Positions 52,823-62,428 of a DNA stretch of 64,000 nt are shown piece by piece. The DNA lies in contig CDROCS010001673.1 of assembly GCA_977020255.1 (NCBI GenBank), positions 310,001 through 374,000 on the forward strand. Direction: 5' to 3'. Below the pieces are notes generated by a model that had not been told where the DNA came from, did no database searches, and worked only from the letters and a program-made list of their open reading frames with translations. Positions within the stretch are counted from its first letter, which is position 1, and every line of letters begins with the position of its first letter. This DNA is from Obrimoposthia wandeli (taxonomy: Eukaryota). Made by a program: the position numbers and the translations under genes.

Positions 52823-53196
52823 TTTGCAAATATTGTTCCTTCAACTTTCTTACGTTTGTTTATATTGATTTTTTGCTTCTTTTTACTTTTAAATCCACTA
52901 CCTCCTTGGCTTCTATTTGATTTACGCTTTCTAATCAAATTAGCAACTTCAGGTAAAACATTATCAAGTTCATCAAGCGCATGCTTCTTAAAAGTTGGTA
53001 TTAGTTTGTTGTCCTTTGATGAAAGGTAATCCTTTCCTAATTTTGATATAAATCGCCCGAGTCTCTTTAAAAGAGGAAAGGCAAATCTACCTAATGTTCT
53101 AAGCCAGCCAAATCCATATTGTTTACCAACAAAATATGGTAATTCTCCACCTTGTTGGCTTTGACTATAAGCTTCAATTATTGCTGGATTCGCCAT
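52819..53196 (-). CDS. Conserved small basic Polinton virion protein upstream of MCP
   Basis: QQGGELPYFVGKQYGFGWLRTLGRFAFPLLKRLG: a QxGG...GxG-amphipathic pattern of the kind typically found just upstream of Polinton MCP; intact ORF. Confidence 0.7.
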   Translation of the reverse strand: MANPAIIEAYSQSQQGGELPYFVGKQYGFGWLRTLGRFAFPLLKRLGRFISKLGKDYLSSKDNKLIPTFKKHALDELDNVLPEVANLIRKRKSNRSQGGSGFKSKKKQKININKRKKVEGTIFAK

Positions 53197-54239
53197 TTTG
53201 TTTTCTTAAATGTATTGTTAAATTTGTCTTGGCCCCGTACGTGAAATCTATTAGTTGTCCGGAATCATCTCTAATATTTACTTCAATATTGTTTATAGAA
53301 AAGAGAGAAACTGGAAGATACATTGGTTGATCTATACACATACCGACAGTGTCCCATCTCTAGTTTCATTTTTAGATATCCATATTGTTCTCAAAAGTGG
53401 AACTCGCTGTCCTCCTACAAGCGTTGGTTCTATTAAATTAGTATAAATATATAAATGTTTAACAGCATTTAAATGTTTTGCCTTATTTTTAGCTTTTATG
53501 GTTTTTATTGTATGGGTTTCAAAGGTATTTTTGTTTAAACCAAGGTTTTAAGCGAGTTTATCATGAAATAAAACCTGTATTATATTGCTCTTTACTGTAA
53601 ACGTTATTTTACCATTTTTTAATGTTACACATATATCGAAATATTCACTACATTCCTTCTGTATTAATTTACAGAAATTCACTTCACTATCTTATTTATA
53701 ATCTTTTGAAAATATTTTCAGTTCCACTACATACTTTGGTCTCGTTTCAACTAAAAAAACCCTTTTATTACTCTATCAGGAACATTTTTTAACGATTTAG
53801 ATGAGGCTATATCAGATCTCTTCATACCTACTACATGTCTACTGTCAAAACCGAATTGAAGAGCTTCTCTATCAGATCCAAATATAATTTGAATAGGTTT
53901 TGAAAAATGTTTAAGTCGATTTTTAAATCTGACTTTGATTTTTTAATATATTACTTTCACTTCTTTATTTATACAATTGTAATAGAATTTTCCTTTACTA
54001 TCAAACCCGATCACAACTTCAATTGATTTTTCATGATCAACTTCTTTTGTAAACGAAATATGTGAGTTTTTTCTGATAGTAATTGGAGAATAATAAAAGG
54101 AAAATTCTGTTAAAGCCGCTTCCCATTCTCCTTGGAGATTTATAGGATTTTCCCAATCGATAATAAAGCTACTAGCGTAATTATCTGGTTGAGTCTTCGG
54201 ACATCCGTTACTAGGTAAAACCATATATATAGACTTCAT
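53197..54239 (-). pseudogene. Polinton minor capsid protein (penton, PX), disrupted
   Basis: N-terminus YMVLPSN...SSFIIDWENPINLQGEWEAALTEFSF; C-terminus HLYIYTNLIEPTLVGGQRVPLLR...PMYLPV...NIEVNIRDDSGQLIDF. Confidence 0.88.
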
Positions 54240-54253
54240 ATTATATTAGATGC

Positions 54254-55302
54254 TCATATCCAAGTTGGATCTGAATAACCATGCCATTTAACATAGTATT
54301 GTTTATGTTTACAAGCACCCTTAGATTTTAATATTTTTTGAATACGGAAAACGCTTAGTTTATTTGATATTACTTGTAGTTCTTGCTCGTGAAATTTACC
54401 GTGAACGATATCATTGTCAGCATCTTTAATAGTATACATTATTGGATTACTCTTTTGATCAATTTTATTTATACAAAATATTTCATCGCTCTAATTCTGA
54501 TCAAAGATTTAATAAATGGAGTAGAGCTAATTTTCTAAATTCGGACATATTCGCTTTTCTTATATTTAGCTTTTTTAATATTTTCTTTTTTATTCCTGTT
54601 CATCCAAATATCCATAGAATTTTTATTAGTAACATCAACAGGTCTCATTCCCTTGATACCTCTATGTTCCGAGTGATTATATGCATGTATTATTTTAGGT
54701 AAAACTTGGATCCATTTTTTATTTCCTTCTTTTGTGAAATACCTTTTTATTCGATCTCTTAAAGTACGATTAAATCTTTATACTACTGCTGCTTTATACT
54801 GTGAAAACACAGAGTAGTGATTTATATTATTTTGTTTAAATAAAGATTGAACTTGTTTATTATAAAATTCTTTTCCTAAATCAGTTTGCCCATTTTGTGG
54901 AATGTCCTCTTTTAATATTTCTTTAATGACTTCAAGCATAGCTATTGAAGACTTTGCTTTAACTGGAATTGCACGAGCAAACCTGCTAAATACATCAATA
55001 CATGTTAAAATATATCGATATCCCTTATTAATGGAAGAATATGGGATCATCTCCATCAAATCCATTTGCCATAAATTATTAGGGCCGCTGGTTTTGTAAG
55101 CTCTAGTTGGAAACCTTCTTCTCATCGGCTTGTTCAGACTGTAGGATAACTGGTCGCTCAGCCATTTCTGCGTTTTCTTGTAATTTTGATTTGTTCTTTT
55201 TGCTAATTTTGAAACTCCTGTGTAGCCAATTGGATCTCTTCCATTACAACAATTTGAATAGAAAGAAAATTTAAATTTAGGTAAAGAAGGGTTAGCACCC
55301 AT
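54254..55302 (-). pseudogene. Polinton retroviral-like integrase with C-terminal chromodomain; stop at 54778 and a frameshift
   Basis: LWQMDL...YRYILTCIDVFSRFA...TDLGKEFYN...KAAVV*RFNRTL; FRIQKILKSKG...YYVKWHGY. Confidence 0.92.
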
Positions 55303-55330
55303 ATCTTTAACTGATTTTATAAATAATTGT

Positions 55331-55660
55331 TTATGAACGTGTCGCAGCTATAATACTACTGATAATTGAAGCAACAACTGGAATAACAGCCCCTATGAAA
55401 CCACCATTATGTTTAAGAATAATATTTCGTTTCCTTTTCTTACTTTTTACATTAGCAATATCTAGAAGAGTTTTTCTATATTTCTTTAATAAATTTTTCC
55501 GATTTCTAACTTTTACTCGACCCAAAACTATATTATACAAAACTTCCAATAAATCATCTACAACAAAGGATGGAAATGCTTTAAGAATAATCATTCTCTT
55601 ATGAGAAGAGGCTTTAACTAAAGCTTTAAAATAGGGTATGCTTCTTTGTATTTTCTTCAT
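55331..55660 (-). CDS. Conserved Polinton small protein with C-terminal GGF-hydrophobic segment (reminiscent of adenoviral pX)
   Basis: Basic N-terminus; LKHNGGFIGAVIPVVASIISSII; intact ORF between ATPase and integrase. Confidence 0.65.
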   Translation of the reverse strand: MKKIQRSIPYFKALVKASSHKRMIILKAFPSFVVDDLLEVLYNIVLGRVKVRNRKNLLKKYRKTLLDIANVKSKKRKRNIILKHNGGFIGAVIPVVASIISSIIAATRS

Positions 55661-55835
55661 TTTAATAAAAAAGGTTCAATTTGAATATTGTTTATATTCG
55701 AAGCCATTTACGTTTTTTCTATTTCTAACTACAGATTTGATTAATTTTTGCACTTCTTTTTTCTTAATGATTTTTTTTGATTTCTTAGGCTTTGCTTTAC
55801 GTTTTACTATCAACTTCGTAAAAAGCATTGTAAAT

Positions 55836-56483
55836 TTATCTTTTATAATTGTTCTCTATTTGTTTATAAACAGTTACTCCCTTAGAATTAAATATGTCTG
55901 TTAAAACACGTAAATCATCTGTGCAAGCTTGTGTAAAGTCAATCAATATATATCCATGTGCTTGTTTAGCAGCATCATGGAATGAATCAACTAGAAAGTT
56001 CTTATTTTGGAAAAACGCCTGTCTGGCCACAAAATCTACAACTGTTTGATCTCTAGGATTTTTAAATAAAACTAAGTAATGTACATTAAGATTTCTTGTT
56101 CTATGGTGACCTCCTTGGTGAAAAAGATTTTGAGTGATAAATATAACTGTTACTTCACGATGTCTTACAATCTTTGTAAATAAATTATTAAAGTCCGATT
56201 CCTTATTAGCTTCTTGATACAATTCATCAATTATTATTACATCTTCTTTTTTCAATCTTTCACACCAATTTGCATCAAATCCTTCAATAAATTGTATTCC
56301 CTTCAACTTGCAAACTTCTGTTTTGGTTAATCCGCTTTCCCCTCCTCTACCATGAAGCCAATAAATATTTTTGAAATTAGATTTGAAAAGAGATTCATTT
56401 TGCAACAATTTACATACGAAATGTGTCTTTCCACTTCCACTGGGACCAACTATTTGAAATACAGCATTATTTTTTAGCTCCAT
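55836..56483 (-). CDS. Genome-packaging ATPase (A32/FtsK-HerA type)
   Basis: Walker A GPSGSGKT, Walker B VIIIDE, RHREVTVIFITQNLF, YLVLFKNPRD; intact 215-aa ORF. Confidence 0.93.
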   Translation of the reverse strand: MELKNNAVFQIVGPSGSGKTHFVCKLLQNESLFKSNFKNIYWLHGRGGESGLTKTEVCKLKGIQFIEGFDANWCERLKKEDVIIIDELYQEANKESDFNNLFTKIVRHREVTVIFITQNLFHQGGHHRTRNLNVHYLVLFKNPRDQTVVDFVARQAFFQNKNFLVDSFHDAAKQAHGYILIDFTQACTDDLRVLTDIFNSKGVTVYKQIENNYKR

Positions 56484-56520
56484 TGCATATACTCTTTCAT
56501 TTTTAATATTGTTTATATTA

Positions 56521-56778
56521 TCATAGAAGTTTCCTTATTGAAATGTACAATGTTAGAGCTATTGTAGATGAAATACAAAAATTAATTAATGAATATTTGG
56601 CTATAATTTTATTTATTTGTGTACGATTTCTAAATTCTTGAATAACGTGTGATCTAACCAATATTTCAATGTTATCTCTTGTTATATCATTATTTTTTAA
56701 TTCTGATAAAATTTCTTTACCCCTAATTTTTCCAGAAAATATTTCGTCGGCAAGATTAGTATTATTCATTTGAAACAA
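56521..56778 (-). CDS. Hypothetical 85-aa Polinton protein
   Basis: ORF co-oriented between the TBP-like gene and the ATPase; no motif recognised. Confidence 0.45.
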   Translation of the reverse strand: MFQMNNTNLADEIFSGKIRGKEILSELKNNDITRDNIEILVRSHVIQEFRNRTQINKIIAKYSLINFCISSTIALTLYISIRKLL

Positions 56779-56797
56779 TACGTTTAAACGGGTTTGT

Positions 56798-57319
56798 TTA
56801 TAGAAAAGATAACAAGATGTAATTAGATATATATTCTAAAATCAAATCAACTATGTCTGGATAATCAAAATTTTTCAATCCCAATATCATAATTTTACCA
56901 CTGGAAAATATATTTACACATAGCGGTTTAAACTTCAAATAACTGAGAGTAGGAAAAATTTCTGGTTCAAACATGCATTCTTATTTCATTTTCTCTGCAG
57001 TTTTTAAAAGATTTATCTTTTTCCCAAGATTAGCTAAAATCGTGATTGATTGTATTGCAGTGATTCGAATTCCAAATGGTAAATTGAACCCAAGTATTGG
57101 TATTTTGCATCCCATAACACGACAATTTCCTAAAAGAATTCAATATGAAAATAAAGTAATAAAACTAACCTGTAGGAAAAATAACAACTGTAAAATTGTC
57201 AAACTTTTCCACATATTGTCAAACTTTTCCACATATTGTCTCGGCTTCCATTCATTGAATGGTAAGTACGAAACATCATCTTCTGTTCTACCTTTATAAT
57301 TTATATTTATGAGTTTCAT
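56798..57319 (-). pseudogene. TATA-binding-protein (TBP)-like gene with a 40-nt intron (57130-57169); 20-bp duplication and one TAA
   Basis: Reconstructed: MKLININYKG...FTVVIFPTG|NCRVMGCK...AIQSITILANLGKKINL...MK*ECMFEPEIFPTLSYLKFKPLCVNIFSSGKIMILGLK. This gives two TBP-type repeats (compare LIFSSGKMVCTGAK and YEPELFPGLIYRM.KP..VLLIFVSGKVVLTGAK). Confidence 0.8.
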
Positions 57320-57434
57320 TAGACTAAAATTGTATTCTATAAAATCTTCTTTATATATGTCTGAACCTGCTTTTTTATTGCACGTTTCTTGTAATTATCT
57401 TGCAAACCTATTATAATTGGATGATATATTTCTT

Positions 57435-57538
57435 CCAATCAAATTTGATTTTTAATATTGATTTAGTCCAATCAAATTCAATGCTTTAGTTATATTAACC
57501 AATGAGATTTATGTCTTTGTTACAAATTAGTATAAAAG
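57435..57538 (+). promoter_or_regulatory. Candidate Pol II promoter: CCAAT x3 (57435, 57468, 57499) plus TATAAAAG (57531)
   Basis: Lies in the divergent gap between the TBP-like gene and RING gene 1. Confidence 0.5.
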
Positions 57539-57665
57539 CATACACCATTGGAAGTGTAAATTAGTGTGTAAAAAGATGTAGAATATACTGTAGAAATTCA
57601 GTGTAAAAGCAATTGTAGAAATATGTAGAAATAATATAGAAATTAATTGTCAAAATGTATTTAGA

Positions 57666-57900
57666 ATGTCTGAGGAATGCCCAATATGTTTAGAAGATAT
57701 ACCAGAACGAAGAGCAAGACCCAATGCCGGCAACCACATATACCATGAGGAATGTTTATCAAAATGGATCATAACTTATGGAGAGTTACCCCATCCAACA
57801 TATCCTCGCTGCCCTGTATGCAGAAGACAACTCACAAAGTACATAATAATGGAACCAAACCAAGAAGACGTAGATGTACAAGTGGAATTTTGTTGGAAAA
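57666..57900 (+). CDS. RING-H2 finger protein 1 (third ligand Cys replaced by Gly)
   Basis: CPICLED...NAGNHIYHEECLSKW...CPVCRR. Confidence 0.8.
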
Positions 57901-58023
57901 ACCTGAGAGTGTTGGTGTTTTTTCTGTGTACCAAAACGACAGGACTCAGTCACTTTTGTGTAAACATCACGCAACAACCAACCACCAACCGAGCCCAAGC
58001 TCAACACCACCTCTCCCACAGCA

Positions 58024-58254
58024 ATGCCTGTAGAATGTTCCATCTGCTACGAGACAATCCAGGACTGGCACGCAAATTCTAACAACTGCGGCCACAAATT
58101 CCACATCCAATGCCTCGAGACATAGATACCCATTGTCATTAGCACCAGCCCTGTCGACTTCCCATCATGCCCAATGTGCAGGTCAACCTTCTCGATGTAC
58201 CAAATCATCAACCGAGAACGCAGCCATGCAGAGGTACCCATCGTACACTGCTAG
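58024..58254 (+). pseudogene. RING-H2 finger protein 2 (TAG at the conserved Trp position)
   Basis: MPVECSICYETIQDWHANSNNCGHKFHIQCLET*IPIV...CPMCRST; not in the ORF track. Confidence 0.85.
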
Positions 58255-58720
58255 AAGGACATATGCGACTGCTGGAGTTCCTTCTGCGTAGATGACAGAC
58301 GAACGGACCAACCCAACAACCAACAATAATTGGAGGTAACTTTCTGACAAAAATGTGTCATCATGAATTAACCCTGTGTATCGCATACCACGATAAAATA
58401 TCGTACACTGCTAGAAGGACATATGCGACTGCTGGAGTTCCTTCTGCGTAGATGACTGACGAACGGACAAACCCAACAACCAACAATAATTGGAGGTAAC
58501 TTTCTGACAAAAATATGTCATCATGAATTAACCCTGTGTATCGCATACCACGATAAAATATCGTACACTGCTAGAAGGACATATGCGACTGCTGGAGTTC
58601 CTTCTGCGTAGATGACAGACGAACGGACCAACCCAACAACCAACAATAATTGGAGGTAACTTTCTGACAAAAATGTGTCATCATGAATTAACCCTGTGTA
58701 TCGCATACCACGATAAATAT
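58241..58720. repeat. 160-bp tandem triplication
   Basis: TCGTACACTGCTAGAAGG at 58241, 58401 and 58561. Confidence 0.95.
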
Positions 58721-58956
58721 CTACCGAAATTGTATATTATAACTAAACCATCTTGTAAAAGTGTAACTATTCTCGACAATTTATGTATGTTGTGTATTTG
58801 AAATTGTAATTATTATAAGTAAAAAACCACAAAGACAATTTTTATATCTAGACGTGCAAATCATCCAAATAGTGGCAAGAATCGAGTAAATTAGCTAAGA
58901 AGACGAAATAGGAATTAATATATTTACAAAGACCGTACAAAGACCGACCCTAATCA

Positions 58957-59447
58957 ATGAATCATGTCACACAGTGGCCCACTTCAATCTGCCTAAGACG
59001 TCTCCGACACCTGACGGTGGTACCTCAAGGGTGCATGCACCGCTTCCATGAGGGCTGCCTCTACATATGGGCGAGATCGAGACTCTACGCCACCCAACAT
59101 GTCCCCTGTGTCGGAACCCGATCCAACATTGGAACGTCTCCCTGTGTGGTCAGATAGTAGGACAAGGATCGCCAGTAAGCTGTATTGGTGGAGACCAATG
59201 TCAGTGCTTCGTCTGTCCGCAACGACGCCGGATCAGACGGCTACAGGCACGAAAGAGGTGGTGGTCCTCACAAAATCGCGGCCTCATGCCGTTCGGGGTT
59301 ACCCCCATCTACCCTCAATACCAACGGCTAGGTGATGGACCACAAATGCCGTCATGGAGCACCTACTCCCCAGCATCTCCCACGCTGCCAGTGGAGCAGG
59401 TGGACCAGTATTTGAACAGTTTAATCGACGTTATTGACCTTATTTGA
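58957..59447 (+). pseudogene. RING-H2 finger protein 3, frameshifted at about 59070-59090, with C-terminal VIDL motif
   Basis: SICLRR...GCMHRFHEGCLYIW / HPTCPLCRNPI...RRRIRRLQARKR...LNSLIDVIDLI*. Confidence 0.8.
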
Positions 59448-59652
59448 TATTCACATTCCTTGTAAAATAGTTTTTGTGCTGTGTAAAATATTAAAAATAA
59501 GTGTTTAGCATTGCCGACTCTTGTCAACATTTGGATAGGTTTAAATAAATCTACAAGTGTAATGTAGATTAAGTGATTGATTGAGTTAAGAGGCATGACT
59601 CTTAAAATATATACCGTTCCGAGGACGTAACTTTCTTAAAACCCCGGAGGTA

Positions 59653-61737
59653 TGTTAGAATTAGGAAACTAAAACTAAAATAAATGAAGAACTATTTATA
59701 TTAAAAATTCTACTTTGAAAATCAAAGTTAAAAATAAATTTATATTAAAATATAAATTAAAAATGAAATGATTTTGGATAATCAGAATTAGATAAATTAG
59801 GATCTTGAAAGGTCATGCGGAAAAGTATAAAACAAGGTTAAATCTATGTAAAAGAGACCCCAAAAAATTAGAAATTAGAAATTGTAAAAGCACGAAAAAT
59901 CGATTGATGAAAAACAGAAATTAATTGAATATAGTGAGAAATAAACATCTGTCGAGAAACCCATTAGTCTCATCAGCGGAGAAAATTATTCATCGTGGGG
60001 AATCAACAACTGTGGAAAACGCCATTAGTTACAGTACATCAACGACGGAGAAAATCAATTATCATTGTCGGCCGGTTCTCATGATGAGTTGTTATAAATA
60101 GGAATTGAATTGATTCCCCATTTAGTTACAGAATTTCACGTGACAAAATACAGAATTCCACGCGACAAATAAACTGGATTCCACGCGACAGATAAACAGG
60201 ATTCCACGCTGTCGCTGTTTATTGAATTTTTATAAACATAATTCCACACGACAGATAAACAGGATTCAACGCGACAGATAAACAGAATTCCACGCGGCAT
60301 CCAATTCCAACAGGCATCCACGCGAAGACGCGAACCAACAAAGCTAAGCGGAGAGATAAAGGTTCTAAATGATTTGAATTGTTCTAAATCAATTGAATTA
60401 TCCCAAAGTATTTGAATTGTTCTAAATCAATTGAATTATCCCAAAGTATTTGAATTGTTCTAAATCATTTGAATGTTCCCAAATTATTTGAATTGTACTG
60501 AATAAATTGAATTATCCTAAATTAATTGAATTGTTCTAAATCATTTGAATTATCCTAAGTTATTTGAATTGTTCTAAATCAATTGAATTATCCCAAAGTA
60601 TTTGAATTGTTCTAAATCATTTGAGTTATCCCAAATTATTTGAATTGTTCTAAATCAATTGAATTATCCCAAATCATTTGAGTTATCCCAAATTATTTGA
60701 ATTGTTCTAAATTGTTTGAATTATTCTAAGGTATTTGAACTATCCTAAATTATTTGAATTGTTCTGAATCAATTGAATTATCCTAAATTAATTGAATTGT
60801 TCTAAATCATTTGAGTTATCCTAAATTATTTGAATTGTTCTAAATCATTTGAGTTATCCTAAATTATTTGAATTGTTCTAAATCAATTGAATTATCCTAA
60901 ATTATTTGAATTGTTCTAACTCAATTGAATTGTTCTAACTCAATTGAATTGTTCTAAATCAATTGAATTGTTCTAAATAATTTAAATTATCTTAAATTGT
61001 TTGAATTATCGTAGCTTATTTGAATTGTCGTGAATTATTTAATTATCGTAATTACGACTGAATTGATTGAATTTCGGATTGTAACTTTTGAATTCAAGTA
61101 TCATATTTGAATTGCATATCTATTTAAATTCAAATATTGAATTACTAAGTGTAAAAGGATATTGCAAGAAGTTCGGTGTAAAAGGAGTAACATTAGTAGA
61201 GGGTCATCTCACTTTCCAGAGTGTTGGAATTAACATAGTTTATTTGTAGACGTGCTTACTCGTATATTTTTTTAGAAAATTTTAGTTGTGTTTCATAAAT
61301 AAAGTGTTTCCTAAAAGACCACTAGTTGATCTATAAGCCACCAACCGTATAGACGTAAACAACACTAATATATAGTCGATGGACAACCACGTGACGGTAT
61401 TCCAAGCACTGGGGTATTTGAGGATTGTCGCTTGGCTCCGGCTTTTTTCATACCGATCTACGTTGCTAACCAGACTTTTCCTGAATGTCACGCCTAATTC
61501 CTAAGTCTACATAACACACCATTATTTTTGGACCCTACTAGCTATTCTGTGAACACAACTCCTTGAGCACACCACAACACAATAGTACAAAAAACCTTCT
61601 TATTTGAGACTAGAATTAAGTAAGATAAACGCAGGTAGCCCACATCCATCTGTAATCCCTATCGCTACAGAACTCACGTCGGGGGCCTCCATACGAGGAT
61701 CTACTAGAATAAAGAGTTTCAATTAGAAACCTCAACA
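59653..61737 (+). mobile_element. Family A LTR (2085 bp) with ~23-bp (60140-60330) and 19/38-bp (60373-61050) minisatellites
   Basis: TGTTAGAATTAGG...CCTCAACA; GGATCTTGAAAGGTCAT and GAACTCACGTCGGGGGCC blocks; flanks GGTA/CTAT do not match. Confidence 0.85.
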
Positions 61738-61859
61738 CTATTATACAAATTATTTTTTGAACTAAAAACAATAAATTTTGACCACATATTTGAATAATTA
61801 ATATATTCTCTTTTGTATTTCTTAAAGTAAGTTTCGTTATTAATTTTATTAAAACATAT

Positions 61860-62428
61860 TAATCTCAGGCAAGAAAAATGATATGACCAAAGAAGATGTT
61901 ATAAAGTTTCTTACTGATGGTATGAAAACGAAAGAATTTGTAAGGGTTATGAAGCGGGGAATAATGTTTATGAGATTATATAAAGATAAATTTGTAGACC
62001 CATTTAGAGTTCCAAACGGTACTAAAATAAATTCCGAAAGCTACACTAAACGTTTAGAGGAAACCTTTGTATCCTGGATGAAAAATCTTAGTATCATTGA
62101 CATGAATACATTGACATTAGTATCATTCCCTTCTCACTGTTCTAAATATTACTCATAATTTCTATCTGACAGTGGATGGAGTGGAAGAACGTATATGAGT
62201 TGGCCGTCAAATTCAGCTGACCTGAATCCGATTGAAAACTCATGGTCAATCATTAAGCACGACTTATATGGCGGAGGTAAACAGTATAATGACAAGGAAG
62301 ACCTTTGGAAGGCAATTGTAGAGTCAGGTCATAAGATTGATGGAAGTACTTTAGAAAAGCTATCATCATAATTGGACACTAGAATAGTTGAAGTTATGAT
62401 GAAAAATGGAAATTAAATTAACTATTAA
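61860..62428 (+). pseudogene. Tc1/mariner (DDE_3-type) transposase 3' fragment
   Basis: KINSESY...L; PSHCSK; WPSNSADLNPIENSWSIIK. Confidence 0.88.

Larger units (their letters stand above)
46960..59652. mobile_element. Decayed Polinton/Maverick (endogenous polintovirus), both TIRs missing
   Basis: pPolB on plus, convergent with a minus-strand cluster of MCP, small basic protein, minor capsid, integrase, GGF protein and ATPase, followed by accessory genes. Confidence 0.95.

Noticed and set aside
56973-57299. Plus-strand 108-aa ORF
   Set aside because: Antisense shadow of the TBP-like gene.
58241-58720. Three similar minus-strand ORFs (MRYTGLIHDD...)
   Set aside because: Antisense translation of the 160-bp triplication.
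44040-61737. Composite LTR-Polinton-LTR transposon
   Set aside because: Outer flanks AATC/CTAT do not form a TSD, the two LTRs carry different minisatellites, and no PBS/PPT was seen next to the Polinton DNA.
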